DNA from: Candidatus Poribacteria bacterium
GTDB lineage: Bacteria > Poribacteria > WGA-4E > PCPOR2b
Direction of reading: 5' to 3'
Length of the DNA stretch: 64,000 nt
Assembly (NCBI GenBank): GCA_965215015.1
Contig: OZ244042.1
Location: 4,736,001-4,800,000, forward strand
Shown here: one piece after another, positions 9,123-20,076 of the stretch
Layout: each line of letters starts with the position of its first letter
How positions within the stretch are numbered: the stretch's first letter is position 1
Notes under the pieces: model-generated
What the model was told of the DNA's origin: nothing
Seen by the model: only the letters and a program-made list of their open reading frames with translations
Database searches by the model: none
Position numbers and translations under genes: made by a program

Positions 9123-9392
9123 TCACGCAGCTGCTATTTTATTCATATCGTGTGCTAGGCGGGATTTCTTCCGATTTGCCATGCCCTTCTTAATAATCCC
9201 TTTCCCTGCAGCTCTATCCAGATGACTAGCTGCTTGACGATACAACTCCTGTGCTTGTTCCATCTCTCCATCTGCAATTGCAGCTTCGGTTTGCTTGAGC
9301 ATGGTTCTTAACGCAGACTTGCGCCGCATGTTCCGATCTCGCTTCTTTTTATCCGCACGGACATGCTTCATACCAGACTTTCTGGTGGGCAA
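9123..9392 (-). CDS. rpsT: 30S ribosomal protein S20
   Basis: RNMRRKSALRT...LDRAAGKGIIKKGMANRKKSRL; TTG start with GGAGG RBS. Confidence 0.95.
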   Translation of the reverse strand: MPTRKSGMKHVRADKKKRDRNMRRKSALRTMLKQTEAAIADGEMEQAQELYRQAASHLDRAAGKGIIKKGMANRKKSRLAHDMNKIAAA

Positions 9393-9734
9393 TTCAGATC
9401 ACCTCCATTCCTTATTGAATTCCATCTCGTAGATAATAATAGCATAATCTGTTCCCATTTGTCCAACCCCTTTTGATTATACAAAGCACTGGCATAGGGA
9501 AAAACTGCAAATTCTATGCGCGACACCAACCTGCTATGTTTTCCGATCTTGCTGGTCGGCTATCTTCTGTTGCAGTAGGTGGTCGCAAGTATTTGAGAAT
9601 TTTTCAAGCACCAACAGTACACGCCAAGCAAGAAACAGCAAAAAAGTATCGCGAAAATATCAACCACTGATCGGATAATTGCAAGAATGGTTAGACTACC
9701 GAAGGACATTCCACTGAATTCCATTTTAAGCTCC

Positions 9735-10070
9735 TTACCAACTTACAGATAGACCTTCCACAAGGCCAATGCCATCAAAAAACCCTGATAACCCAATATC
9801 CGGATTCCAATATGCAAAAAAATCACTATTGCGTTTACTCGGTCTCCCATACAGTGCTTTCACCTTATCAAATGTATCTCCCAACTTAATGCCCGCAGCT
9901 TCCTTCCCCGGCACAATCAGCGCGTGGACGATTTGGACAACTGCCGATTCTGTCACCGGTTCGCTTACACCATCGTCCACCGTTAGTGTAATACCCACGA
10001 AACCCATCTCAATGGGGGCAGTCCACATCGGTGCAAGGATTGACTCTGAATCGAGCACCCCCTTTTTCAC
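9735..10070 (-). pseudogene. fragment of a PKD/Ig-like domain surface protein
   Basis: WTAP...ITLTVDDG motif followed by IVPGKEAAGIKLGD; no signal peptide or RBS; looks truncated at both ends. Confidence 0.45.
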
Positions 10071-10329
10071 TTCCCATCTATCTCCCCATCTGCGAGTAAA
10101 ATCACTCTGCTGATAATTATAGTCTCACAGGGGGAGTTCAGTCAAGTGTATAATTGGGGAGGAGGATATGGACAAACGCGCTAGGAGATTTCTTGGTAGG
10201 ATTGTACAGTGTGCACACCAAACCAACGGCGGAGAGTGAGCCTGATACGCTATCTTCTTTCGGAACGCCTAATTCAAGGACGAGCTCGTTGGCGAAGCAT
10301 TGCTAATGTTAGACAAACTGTTGAATCTT

Positions 10330-12048
10330 TCAAAACAGGAAGTAACGCTGCGCCATTGGAAGGATTTCAGCGGGTTCACAGATGAGGAGTTCACCGTCAG
10401 CACGGACTTCGTAGGTTTCGGGGTTTACCTCAATCTTGGGTAGATAGGTATTGTTTATCATCGCTGACTTATCCACTTCGCGGCAGTTTTTCACGGGGAC
10501 AGGCGGTTTTTGTAAACCGAGACGGTCCCCAATCTCTCTCTCAACGCCCGCCTGCGAGACAAAGGTATACGAGGCGGAATAGGGCACACGCCCAAACGCG
10601 CCAAACATCGGACGTCCCAAAACTGGCTGCGGAGTCGGAATTGAGGCATTTGCATCGCCCATTGCCGCCCAGACAAGGAATCCACCCTTTAACACCAATT
10701 GCGGTTTCACACCAAAAAACGCCGGATGCCAAAGAACAAGATCTGCCAGCTTACCTACCTCAATTGACCCAACATAATCGCTGATCCCGTGAGTAATTGC
10801 CGGATTGATCGCGTATTTGGCGACGTACCGTTTTGCACGGACATTATCGTTGTCGCCCGTTTCTTCAGGGAGACGCCCGCGTTGCTCCCGCATTTTGTGG
10901 GCGGTCTGCCATGTGCGGAGAATGACCTCGCCCACACGCCCCATCGCCTGTGAATCGGACGCCATCATGCTAAACGCGCCAAGATCGTGCAGGATGTCTT
11001 CAGCGGCGATGGTTTCCGGTCGAATCCGCGATTCGGCGAAGGCGAGATCTTCCGGAATGGAGGCATCGAGGTGGTGACAAACCATCAGCATGTCGAGGTG
11101 CTCGTCAATCGTGTTGACTGTAAACGGTCGTGTGGGATTGGTCGAGGAGGGTAACACATTGTTTTGACCGCAGACCTTGATGATGTCCGGTGCATGTCCA
11201 CCACCCGCACCCTCCGTGTGATAAGTATGAATCGTTCGCCCCTTGAACGCAGCAATCGAATCTTCGACAAAACCTGCCTCGTTGAGCGTGTCGGTGTGGA
11301 TGGCAACCTGCACATCGTACTGATCTGCAACGGACAGACAGCAGTCAATCGCAGCCGGCGTTGTCCCCCAATCCTCATGGAGTTTCAGCCCTAATGCTCC
11401 CGCCTCAATCTGTTCGTTGAGTGACTCCGGGAGCGATGAGTTTCCCTTGCCCAGAAAGCCGAGGTTAATCGGGAATCCTTCGGAGGCTTCTAACATCCGC
11501 TCGATATTCCATGGACCGGGGGTGCAGGTGGTGGCATTGGTGCCGGTTGCGGGTCCCGTTCCCCCGCCAATCATCGTCGTAACCCCTGATGAGAGTGCTT
11601 CGTCAATCTGCTGCGGACAAATAAAGTGGATGTGGACATCGAGCCCTCCCGGTGTTACAATCATCCCCTCAGCGGCAATGACTTCAGTACTCGCACCCAC
11701 AATCATATCGTCGCTGACACCATCCATGATATTCGGGTTCCCTGACTTGCCAATCCCAACGATTTTTCCATCGCGCACGCCAATATCGGCTTTGGCGATT
11801 CCCCAATAGTCCAAAATCAGTGCATTCGTCAATACAAGGTCAAGGACACCTTCCCCACGCGTGGCACCGGGCATCTGTCCCATACCATCGCGCAGTGTCT
11901 TGCCGCCGCCAAACTTCGATTCATCACCGTAAACTGTATGGTCTTTCTCGACCTCAATAAATAACTCGGTGTCCGCAAGACGCACCTTATCGCCGACGGT
12001 AGGTCCGTAGAGGTCTGTGTATGTTTGCCGTGGAATGTTGAGTGACAT
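10330..12048 (-). CDS. ureC: urease subunit alpha
   Basis: [47 protein letters not shown] and terminal [10 protein letters not shown]. Confidence 0.98.
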   Translation of the reverse strand: MSLNIPRQTYTDLYGPTVGDKVRLADTELFIEVEKDHTVYGDESKFGGGKTLRDGMGQMPGATRGEGVLDLVLTNALILDYWGIAKADIGVRDGKIVGIGKSGNPNIMDGVSDDMIVGASTEVIAAEGMIVTPGGLDVHIHFICPQQIDEALSSGVTTMIGGGTGPATGTNATTCTPGPWNIERMLEASEGFPINLGFLGKGNSSLPESLNEQIEAGALGLKLHEDWGTTPAAIDCCLSVADQYDVQVAIHTDTLNEAGFVEDSIAAFKGRTIHTYHTEGAGGGHAPDIIKVCGQNNVLPSSTNPTRPFTVNTIDEHLDMLMVCHHLDASIPEDLAFAESRIRPETIAAEDILHDLGAFSMMASDSQAMGRVGEVILRTWQTAHKMREQRGRLPEETGDNDNVRAKRYVAKYAINPAITHGISDYVGSIEVGKLADLVLWHPAFFGVKPQLVLKGGFLVWAAMGDANASIPTPQPVLGRPMFGAFGRVPYSASYTFVSQAGVEREIGDRLGLQKPPVPVKNCREVDKSAMINNTYLPKIEVNPETYEVRADGELLICEPAEILPMAQRYFLF

Positions 12049-12066
12049 TGTCTTTCCTTAGATATA

Positions 12067-12392
12067 TGAGGGGTGCTCGTAATAATTGTCTGAATCGCGG
12101 ATTCAGCAGAGGACACGGATACTAATAAACGTGCAATGAATCGCGCTACTACGGACAGGGTGATTTATATGAGGAGGGCTCATAAGTCAGATTACGCGTG
12201 GGCGACCGACGGGCATGGAGATCAATTAGTCGGTGGGGCAAGATGACCCACCTATGAAGTTGGGAGTGCTTTGTTTTTTTCAATTATGGTTGGGAGTTCA
12301 ATGGAAGTCACGTGTTAGTCAAGCAATATGCCGCAACAGTTGTGGGGTTTACGGCACGCAGAGTGTGCCTACTACTTTATGAGCACCCCTCA
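12067..12392. mobile_element. MITE copy 1, inserted between ureB and ureC
   Basis: TIRs TGAGGGGTGCTCGTAA / TTATGAGCACCCCTCA (15/16), flanked by a perfect 6-bp duplication GATATA; homologous to 26486-26961. Confidence 0.8.
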
Positions 12393-12442
12393 GATATATC
12401 GGAATTTCAAGATGAAAAAAGTACCAATCGAAGGCAGGTCTC

Positions 12443-12756
12443 TCACCCTTTATCAAGGAACCCATTGGTTCGATTGTTCAGCCCGTGCACAATCCGTTTG
12501 CCCTTTAATTTTGTGAGTGTCACTGTTTTTTCGTCCCCCGGCTCAAAGCGGACAGCGACACCGGAGGGGATATTCAACCGCATCCCAAACGCCTTCTTCC
12601 GATCAAATTGGAGTGCAGCGTTCACCTCATAAAAATGGAAGTGCGACCGACCTGTATCGGTCTATCGCCGATATTAGCGGCTGTCAATTCGACAGTCTCA
12701 CGCCCATCATTGGCTGTGATGCTCTCTTCCGCAAGTATGTATTCTCCGGGAATCAT
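12443..12756 (-). pseudogene. ureB: urease subunit beta with a 1-nt deletion frameshift (real or an assembly error)
   Basis: MIPGEY...GDRPIQVG in one frame, then (S)[15 protein letters not shown]...VRFEPG in another; length 314 nt; one base missing at ~12646. Confidence 0.88.
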
Positions 12757-12780
12757 CTCTACTCCTCCGTCTGCCAGTTC

Positions 12781-13083
12781 CTACCGAATCGGGTTGTGGA
12801 CCGTAACGAGTTTTGTGCCATCGGGGAACGTCCCTTCAACTTGAACCTCATGGAGCATCTCCGGCACCCCCTCCATCACATCGTCGCGGCTTAGTAGTGT
12901 TGTGCCATACTGCATCAACTCTGCAACCGATTTGCCGTCACGGATGCCTTCCAAGATTTCGGCGGTGATAATGGCAACCGCTTCAGGATAGTTAAGCGTT
13001 AAGCCGCGCGCCCGCCGATCTTTGGCAAGCTGTGCAGCGACGTAAATCATCAATTTCTCTTGTTCACGCGGTGTCAGGTTCAC
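12781..13083 (-). CDS. ureA: urease subunit gamma
   Basis: [11 protein letters not shown]...LNYPEA...[15 protein letters not shown]. Confidence 0.97.
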   Translation of the reverse strand: MNLTPREQEKLMIYVAAQLAKDRRARGLTLNYPEAVAIITAEILEGIRDGKSVAELMQYGTTLLSRDDVMEGVPEMLHEVQVEGTFPDGTKLVTVHNPIR

Positions 13084-13101
13084 GGATTCTTTCCTCTAAG
13101 T

Positions 13102-13980
13102 CTAATACTTTCGCAAATCAACTGTTTCGAGTCCGAAGTGCTCTGTTTTCAACCAGTTCCAAATCTGTTGAAAGGCGGATTGAATCACCCCCGCGTTACG
13201 AGCGAGCATCCGGATCGCAATACCACAGATACCCGGAACATAGCGCGACGCATCGGGTATTCTCAGTTGGGACAACCCACCAATCGATTGTGGAGGCTGA
13301 TTGAGGGACGGTTCGGCAAATTTACAAAGTGCTTCCCACCGAGGCATCTCAAAATCACCGACCAAATACCAACTTCCCCAACACGGATACCCTTCCAATA
13401 CACCGAGTCCAGTGAGGTAAGGCTGGCACTTTGGTTGGAGGCGGCAGGTGTCGTAGAGTAACAATCCCTCCGAATCGGATGCCTCAATGCGACTCTGATA
13501 TTGCGTAAATACCAACGTCTCGCCCCGTGCCAATCGTCCCGGCATGACAATTTCTTGCAAGACAACCTTTGCCCCCCGATCTAAAAAGAGGGAGATGCCT
13601 TGACTAAAGTTTGCATCTCGGAACAGGATTGTCGAATCGGGCAGGTATTCAAAGATTGCATCTTTCCCGACCCGAACCCGCATTGATTGCGTCGCACCCT
13701 GAAGGGGCATGGCATAAACTTTTGTCGCCGCTTGCGTCGTCAGAGCTGCGTGGGTATTAGGTGCGAGCATCACGTCAATCTGGTAGTCGTCCCCCTGAAC
13801 CACACCCCCTGTGGGACTCAACAGGTATACACAAACACAATCCGACGCGTCATAACGCGGCTTCATCACCTGTAAAGGCACTCGAAAAAAACTTTCTACC
13901 ATCACGGTTCGGTTCTTCCGCTGTGCAAAAGCGAGCCTAAGCTCGCCGTGACGTCCAGCACTGGAGTCAATGCGTGACAT
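13102..13980 (-). CDS. ureD: urease accessory protein UreD/UreH
   Basis: LSPTGGVVQGD, TTQAATKVY, EYLPD and GRLARGE; directly upstream of ureA. Confidence 0.9.
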   Translation of the reverse strand: MSRIDSSAGRHGELRLAFAQRKNRTVMVESFFRVPLQVMKPRYDASDCVCVYLLSPTGGVVQGDDYQIDVMLAPNTHAALTTQAATKVYAMPLQGATQSMRVRVGKDAIFEYLPDSTILFRDANFSQGISLFLDRGAKVVLQEIVMPGRLARGETLVFTQYQSRIEASDSEGLLLYDTCRLQPKCQPYLTGLGVLEGYPCWGSWYLVGDFEMPRWEALCKFAEPSLNQPPQSIGGLSQLRIPDASRYVPGICGIAIRMLARNAGVIQSAFQQIWNWLKTEHFGLETVDLRKY

Positions 13981-13981
13981 G

Positions 13982-14677
13982 TTAAACGCTGAGGTACTCC
14001 CGTATCATGTTCTGATTGAGCGCGTCGGTCTCATCGTGTGCGACAATCTCACCACGGTTCATAATGTAAAACTGCTGGCAGAACTCCCGAACAAAATCGA
14101 GATACTGCTCAACAATGAGAATTGTCATTCGCCTATTTTCAACCAATTGTCGCAGCACCGTCCCAATCTGTTGTATGATGTTCGGTTGAATCCCTTCGGT
14201 CGGTTCATCGAGGATTAGAACCTTCGGGTTGGTGACGAGGGCACGTCCAATGGCGAGCCGTTGCTGTTGTCCACCGGAGAGGTCGCCGCCCCTCCGACTC
14301 CCCATCTCCTTGAGAATTGGGAAAAGTTCATATATGTCGTCAGGGATTTGAGTCTGTTTGTCCGTCCGTGCCGAGAGTCCGACGCTTAAATTTTCTTCAA
14401 CGGTCAACTTCGGAAAAATCATCCGTCCTTGGGGAACATAAGCGAGTCCTGCGCGAATCCGACGATGTGTTGCAACGCCTACAAGCTCCTGTTCTTCAAT
14501 CTGAATCGAACCGGACGACGGCTTGAGCAATCCGATGATGTTGTTCATCAGCGTCGTTTTGCCCACACCATTGCGCCCCATCATAGAGACAATTGTCTCC
14601 GCGGGCACGTGAACGTCAACCCCGCGCAGCACTTGAACTTCCCCGTATGAAAATGAAAGATTTGAAACTGTTAGCAT
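13982..14677 (-). CDS. urtE: urea ABC transporter ATP-binding subunit
   Basis: GRNGVGKTT, LSGGQQQ, DEPTEGIQPNII and VEQYLDF. Confidence 0.92.
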   Translation of the reverse strand: MLTVSNLSFSYGEVQVLRGVDVHVPAETIVSMMGRNGVGKTTLMNNIIGLLKPSSGSIQIEEQELVGVATHRRIRAGLAYVPQGRMIFPKLTVEENLSVGLSARTDKQTQIPDDIYELFPILKEMGSRRGGDLSGGQQQRLAIGRALVTNPKVLILDEPTEGIQPNIIQQIGTVLRQLVENRRMTILIVEQYLDFVREFCQQFYIMNRGEIVAHDETDALNQNMIREYLSV

Positions 14678-14737
14678 AATAATAGGTAATGCGTAAAATG
14701 TCAACCCCAATGAACCCCTGTTCTCGCTTCCTTGGTT

Positions 14738-15538
14738 TTACCGTCCGAGGTACGCCTCAATAACTTCCTCGTTCTGCTGGACCTCGGGCATCATTCCCTC
14801 TGCCATGATAACCCCTTCATTCAACACGGTCACGAATGAATCGAGTTGGCGCACAAAATCCATATCGTGTTCAATGATAATGAGCGTATGATCCTCCTTC
14901 AATTCGAGGAGGAGTTCGGCGGTCAACGCTGTTTCCGCATCTGTTAACCCCGCAGCAGGTTCATCAACGAGGAGCAGCTTGGGGTCTGATAGGATGAGCG
15001 TACTAATCGCCAACCACTGGCGTTGCCCATGACTTAGGTACTTCGCTTCCCGGTGTAGCTCATCGGCAAGTCCAACACGCTCTAGAATCTCCAAGATTCG
15101 ATCGCGCTGGGTTTTGGTTGTGCACCCAAACAGGTTCGACCATAGGCGATAGTGACCGGGTAGGGCGAGCTCCATATTCTCGTAGGTCGTGAGACTGTCG
15201 AAAACAGTCGGGGTCTGAAATTTCCTGCCAATTCCTCGTAGTGCAATCTCTACCTCCGTCTCCTGGGTAATATCGGCACCATCGAAAAAGACAGTTCCGG
15301 TTGTTGGACGGGTTTTGCCGCTCACGACATCGCAAAGCGTTGTTTTACCCGCGCCGTTGGGACCAATAATCACACGGAGTTCGTTATACTCGATTCCCAA
15401 AGCCTCTATGTCCAACGCCTTGAAACCATCAAATACAGCGGTAATATCTTCTAAAAAAAGAAGATAGCGTTCTTCGGTAAATCGACTGTCGTGTGGGCTG
15501 TATTCTTTGTATTCAGCAATCCGTTGGGCTTGGTTCAT
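14738..15538 (-). CDS. urtD: urea ABC transporter ATP-binding subunit
   Basis: GPNGAGKTT, GIGRKFQTP, LSHGQRQWL and EAYLGR. Confidence 0.92.
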   Translation of the reverse strand: MNQAQRIAEYKEYSPHDSRFTEERYLLFLEDITAVFDGFKALDIEALGIEYNELRVIIGPNGAGKTTLCDVVSGKTRPTTGTVFFDGADITQETEVEIALRGIGRKFQTPTVFDSLTTYENMELALPGHYRLWSNLFGCTTKTQRDRILEILERVGLADELHREAKYLSHGQRQWLAISTLILSDPKLLLVDEPAAGLTDAETALTAELLLELKEDHTLIIIEHDMDFVRQLDSFVTVLNEGVIMAEGMMPEVQQNEEVIEAYLGR

Positions 15539-15586
15539 GTTAAACGGTTTTCTCCTTCTCGATGTCTCGATTTTCGATGGTTATTC

Positions 15587-16837
15587 TTATTTCGCTTTAC
15601 CCACCAAGCGACGCCACAAATCAATCAAGCCCCCAGGGAACAGTAGAACTACCCCAATAAACAACCCACCCAAAACAAACTGCCAATACTCCGCCCTCCA
15701 CGTAAACAACAATAGATTCTTTTCAGAGGTAAAAAAGTTATAGAGCAGATTCACTGCCAACGTGCCAAGAATCGCTCCGGACAGAGCACCACGCCCGCCA
15801 ACCGCAACCCAGATGACGACCAAAATAGACGCCCCCGCTTCCATGTTCGTCGGTGTAAAAATACCCATCTGCGGCGCGTAAAGCATCCCACCGAGTCCAG
15901 CGATCATTCCGGCAAGACTAAAAGCAAAGAGCTTATAGATATAGGGTTTATAACCCGAAAAACGCAAGGTGGTTTCGTCATCTCGGATGGCGATGAGGAC
16001 ACGTCCTAAACGAGATTTGACAACATACTTGCAAAGAACATAGACGCCAACGAGAGCGAGAAGCGTGATAATATACAGGCTCACTTTGACCTGAGGGCTT
16101 GTCAACTTGAACCCCGCGATTCGGTCAAACCGTGTCAAGCCATTTGTGCCACACAGCTTCATGTTGTTCATGCAGAACACTAACCATCCCGCGACTGTAA
16201 TCGCCTGCGTCAAGATGGCAAAGTAAACCCCACGAACCCGGCTCTTAAAACCGAAATAACCAATCGCCAAAGCCGCCATACCCGGAATGAGCAATCCTAA
16301 AATGACTGTAATCGGAAGCGTATAAAAGGGCTTCCAGAACCATGGAACCAGGGCATCCCCTGGCACTTCACCAACTTTGTATGGATAAACTACATACAGG
16401 CAAGCGGGAATTTTCCAGTTGTTGGCGTCTATAATTCCCTCCGGACCGCCATGATGCGCCAAGTACATCCCCATCGCATAACCACCCAGTGCGAAAAAGA
16501 AGGCTTGGCAAAGACTCAGGATGCCGGTGTAACCCCAGATTAGATCGAGACCCACTGCGACAATTGCAAACGCCATGTACCGACCAAGCATGTTTACGGT
16601 TCCGAGGGTAATCCCCCCCATGTAGTACAAGGCGGGGATAACAACCAACCCCATAAAAAACAGTCCCCACGGGACATAACGCCGAAGAAAAATTGACAAT
16701 TGACCGTTGACTATACTTCTTTCCGCTTCGACCTTTCTATCCTGCCACAGTTTTTGTTTATTTGTGTCAATAGGTTGGTAACTCGCTTCGCTCGGAGATT
16801 GATCGCTCGTCTGTGTAATTACAGCTTTTCTAAACAT
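15587..16837 (-). CDS. urtC: urea ABC transporter permease
   Basis: DLIWGYTGILSL, RGVYFAILTQA, GTNGLT and IWVAVGGRG; start probably ATG 16837. Confidence 0.9.
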   Translation of the reverse strand: MFRKAVITQTSDQSPSEASYQPIDTNKQKLWQDRKVEAERSIVNGQLSIFLRRYVPWGLFFMGLVVIPALYYMGGITLGTVNMLGRYMAFAIVAVGLDLIWGYTGILSLCQAFFFALGGYAMGMYLAHHGGPEGIIDANNWKIPACLYVVYPYKVGEVPGDALVPWFWKPFYTLPITVILGLLIPGMAALAIGYFGFKSRVRGVYFAILTQAITVAGWLVFCMNNMKLCGTNGLTRFDRIAGFKLTSPQVKVSLYIITLLALVGVYVLCKYVVKSRLGRVLIAIRDDETTLRFSGYKPYIYKLFAFSLAGMIAGLGGMLYAPQMGIFTPTNMEAGASILVVIWVAVGGRGALSGAILGTLAVNLLYNFFTSEKNLLLFTWRAEYWQFVLGGLFIGVVLLFPGGLIDLWRRLVGKAK

Positions 16838-18623
16838 CGCTAAGCCTGCCTTTCGGTGCAAACAAGCCTGCAGGCTTAAACTGGATGAATCCGACAATAA
16901 TAATTAGGAGTAAGATTTTTGCCCAAATTGCGCCGACCACCATAGACCCAATTCCTAACGGCTCAATCACCTTCGTCAACACACCAATCCCCAATCCGGC
17001 GCAGATAACGCCAATCAGTTCGCCCACACCTCCTGTGACCACAACCAGAAATGAATCAATGATGAAATTGGTCTGTCCCATGTTAGGTGTAACGCCGCCG
17101 ATAAGTGTCCACGCATAGCCCGCAACACCAGCAATCCCAGAACCAAAGGCAAAAGTATAACGGTCGACGCGCTGTGTGTTCACGCCCATGCTGTTTGCCA
17201 TATTCCGATTCTGCATGGTCGCCCGCATCCGCAACCCCAGCTGAGTATAATTCATTAGATAATAGATTAACAGTACGCACAAGCCACACAGCACGATAAT
17301 AAAACAGCGGCTGTAGGGAACGATGAGGTCTTGCACAACTTCAAACCCACCACGCGCCCAAGTCGGAGCGTTCACACCAATGTTGTCGCCGTATCGAACC
17401 CGCACCAGTTGAATCAGGAGGAGCCCAATCCCCCATGTTGCTAACAGTGACTCCAGCGAGCGTCGATACAGATGGCGAACGACTAAAATTTCAATGAGAT
17501 AGCCAACAAAAGCCGCTGCTAGAAATGCCACAGGTAATGCCGCAACATAATACCAGTCAGATGGATTGTCCGGCGTATGACCAAACAATCTTTGCATCTC
17601 AAAGGTCGCATAAGCCCCTATCATCATCAACTCACCGTGTGCCATATTGATAACACCCATCAGACCAAACGTAATCGCAAGTCCCAACGCCATGAGGATA
17701 AGAACGGATCCAAGTGAAAGCCCACGGAATATATTGCCGACACCCTCTACAAAACCTTGGTAGCTGTTGATTTGGTTAATTGCGTACTTATACGCAATCG
17801 CGTATTTATAGATACCCCTCGCCGCTTCATCAGCCGGTGCCATGTCCTCAATGTCTGTCCCTTCCTCAAAGTCTGGCAGAGCTTCAACCTCTACCATCAG
17901 TTTATCAAACATTTCCTGCAACCGGGGGAGTCCGCGCATACTTTTCATCTCCCCTAACTCGCGAATAATTTCAAGATGTTCCTGCGGATACTGTTCTAGA
18001 GAGGTCCGGCTCAGGCGAATGAGGAGTAGGCTTTCCTTGGCAATATATCGAATTTTCGTAACAGGGTCGTTTTGTGACATCTCCTCAAGTTGAGGAACAG
18101 CCGCAACAATTCCCGGTGGGTCCCCACACTTCTTAACACCCGACAGCCGAATCTCAGGATCTGGCGATGAAAGCCTAACGAGAAACTTTGCGCTGTTAGT
18201 GAGCTTGCGTTCTGCCCTCGACGGAGCAATTTCTTCCAATTCCTCCAGCGGAATTTGAGCCTGTTTTCCATCTGCATCCAGAATTAGTTCCGCAGTCAGT
18301 AAGTCTGAAAGGAGGCAGAATTCGTTGAAATTCTCGTCCTCGACAGTTTCTTTGCAAAGCACCACCTCTCCATTCCAGAGGTAGAGCTCACCCAATCGAT
18401 ACGACTCAAGGATTGCTTCCACGCGCAGATCACCGGACTGCGCCAGTGTCATGATAGCAGCTTTGCGACCTGCAGCATTTTCGCCAGCCAGTTTATGGAT
18501 TTCAGATTGGATAAATGCATCGTCTACTTCGGCAAGAGAAGAATATAGAATACCAATTATTTGTAAAAAGATAAGGGCAATGATTCTGAAGATTCTCGGC
18601 ATGGGACTATAGGAAGGGTTCAT
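16830..18623 (-). CDS. urtB: urea ABC transporter permease with periplasmic N-terminal domain
   Basis: GLAITFGLMGVINMAHGE, ESLLATWG and DSFLVVVTGG; HEAT-like N-terminal extension. Confidence 0.9.
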   Translation of the reverse strand: MNPSYSPMPRIFRIIALIFLQIIGILYSSLAEVDDAFIQSEIHKLAGENAAGRKAAIMTLAQSGDLRVEAILESYRLGELYLWNGEVVLCKETVEDENFNEFCLLSDLLTAELILDADGKQAQIPLEELEEIAPSRAERKLTNSAKFLVRLSSPDPEIRLSGVKKCGDPPGIVAAVPQLEEMSQNDPVTKIRYIAKESLLLIRLSRTSLEQYPQEHLEIIRELGEMKSMRGLPRLQEMFDKLMVEVEALPDFEEGTDIEDMAPADEAARGIYKYAIAYKYAINQINSYQGFVEGVGNIFRGLSLGSVLILMALGLAITFGLMGVINMAHGELMMIGAYATFEMQRLFGHTPDNPSDWYYVAALPVAFLAAAFVGYLIEILVVRHLYRRSLESLLATWGIGLLLIQLVRVRYGDNIGVNAPTWARGGFEVVQDLIVPYSRCFIIVLCGLCVLLIYYLMNYTQLGLRMRATMQNRNMANSMGVNTQRVDRYTFAFGSGIAGVAGYAWTLIGGVTPNMGQTNFIIDSFLVVVTGGVGELIGVICAGLGIGVLTKVIEPLGIGSMVVGAIWAKILLLIIIVGFIQFKPAGLFAPKGRLSDV

Positions 18624-18748
18624 GGGTTCATTGTGTGAAACGTAAAGCGTGAAACGGAAAGATGGAGAAAGTGCATGTGGACGGATGAGGGAGCGTATCT
18701 TTCGCTCGCTCCCCCATTTCCATGTCTGATCGTTTTCCCGTCTGCCAA

Positions 18749-20035
18749 CTACATCCCAACTTTCTCCTTTGGACCGCCGGTCGGCGCAGGATAGTTGCCA
18801 TCCGGATGGAGATAGCTGCTGTAGGAATCCGGCGAAACCAGTCCGTCTGACTTGTAAATAATCTTGAACTGACCATTCTTCTTAATTTCGCCGATGTAAA
18901 CCGGTTTTAGTGTATGTTGGTTACTGGCGTGCATTATCTTCTTGCCACCGGGTGCGTCAAAATCCAATCCGTAGACGGCTTCTCGCACCTTATCAACATC
19001 AAAGGAGCCCGCTTTCTCAACTGCTGCCTTCCAGACGTAAACACCAAAGTATGCGGCTTCAATTGGATCGTCCGTGACACGTTTTGAACCGCCGGGCAGG
19101 TTATTTCGCTCACAAAACGTCTTGAAATTCTTCACAAACTTTTTGTTCTCTGGTGTATTAATACTTTGGAAATAATTCCAAGCGGCCAAGTGTCCCACGA
19201 GGGGGGGGACGTCCATGGCTCGTAGCTCATCTTCTGCAACAGAGAAAGCCATAATCGGGCAGTCATCGGAAGTCAACCCTTGGTTGGCGAATTCCTTGTA
19301 AAAAGGTACATTGCTGTCGCCATTAATTGTGGACAACACACAGGCATCGCCCCCGGCGGCGAATTTCTTAATTTTCCCGACGATGGTCTGATAGTCCTGA
19401 TGGTGGAACGGCGTATACTCTTCGACGATATTCTCATCCGGCACCCCCTTCGTCTTCAGGTAAGCTTTCAGCACCTTGTTTGCCGTGCGCGGGAAAACAT
19501 AGTCCGTTCCCAGCAGGTAGAACTTCTTGGAGCCGACCTCATCCATCATATACTCAGCCGCAGGAATCAACTGCTGGTTCGGGGTCGCGGCGGTATAGAA
19601 AACGTTAAGCGACTGTTCCTCGCCTTCGTACTGCACCGGGTAGAAAAGCAGAGAGTTATGCTCCTCAAAAACAGGGAGAACAGACTTCCGGCTCACAGAA
19701 GTCCAGCACCCAAAGACTACAGCAACCTCTTCCTTACTGATTAAATCCTTCGCTTTTTCAGCGAAAAGATCCCAGTCACTGGCAGGATCAACAACTACCG
19801 GTTTAATTAGCTTCCCCATTACCCCACCGGCAGCGTTAATTTCTTCAACCGCCATCAGAACAACGTCCTTGAGAGAGGTCTCAGAGATTGCCATCGTTCC
19901 ACTCAAAGAATGTAGCACACCAATTTTTACTTCATGATGCCCAGCATTTACCTCTTCAACACCGAGCATTCCAACAGCCAAAAGTAGCAAACCCATCGTA
20001 ACGATACCGTACAATTTGAATTTAGACCGAAACAT
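18749..20035 (-). CDS. urtA: urea ABC transporter substrate-binding protein
   Basis: [33 protein letters not shown] and DYVFPRTAN. Confidence 0.95.
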   Translation of the reverse strand: MFRSKFKLYGIVTMGLLLLAVGMLGVEEVNAGHHEVKIGVLHSLSGTMAISETSLKDVVLMAVEEINAAGGVMGKLIKPVVVDPASDWDLFAEKAKDLISKEEVAVVFGCWTSVSRKSVLPVFEEHNSLLFYPVQYEGEEQSLNVFYTAATPNQQLIPAAEYMMDEVGSKKFYLLGTDYVFPRTANKVLKAYLKTKGVPDENIVEEYTPFHHQDYQTIVGKIKKFAAGGDACVLSTINGDSNVPFYKEFANQGLTSDDCPIMAFSVAEDELRAMDVPPLVGHLAAWNYFQSINTPENKKFVKNFKTFCERNNLPGGSKRVTDDPIEAAYFGVYVWKAAVEKAGSFDVDKVREAVYGLDFDAPGGKKIMHASNQHTLKPVYIGEIKKNGQFKIIYKSDGLVSPDSYSSYLHPDGNYPAPTGGPKEKVGM

Positions 20036-20076
20036 TGGATAACCTCCTTAAAAATTTGTGTTTATCAGCTTTTCAC

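Noticed and set aside
12312-12632. 106-aa + strand ORF spanning the MITE end and ureB as a possible transposase
   Set aside because: It has no transposase motifs and is mostly antisense to ureB.
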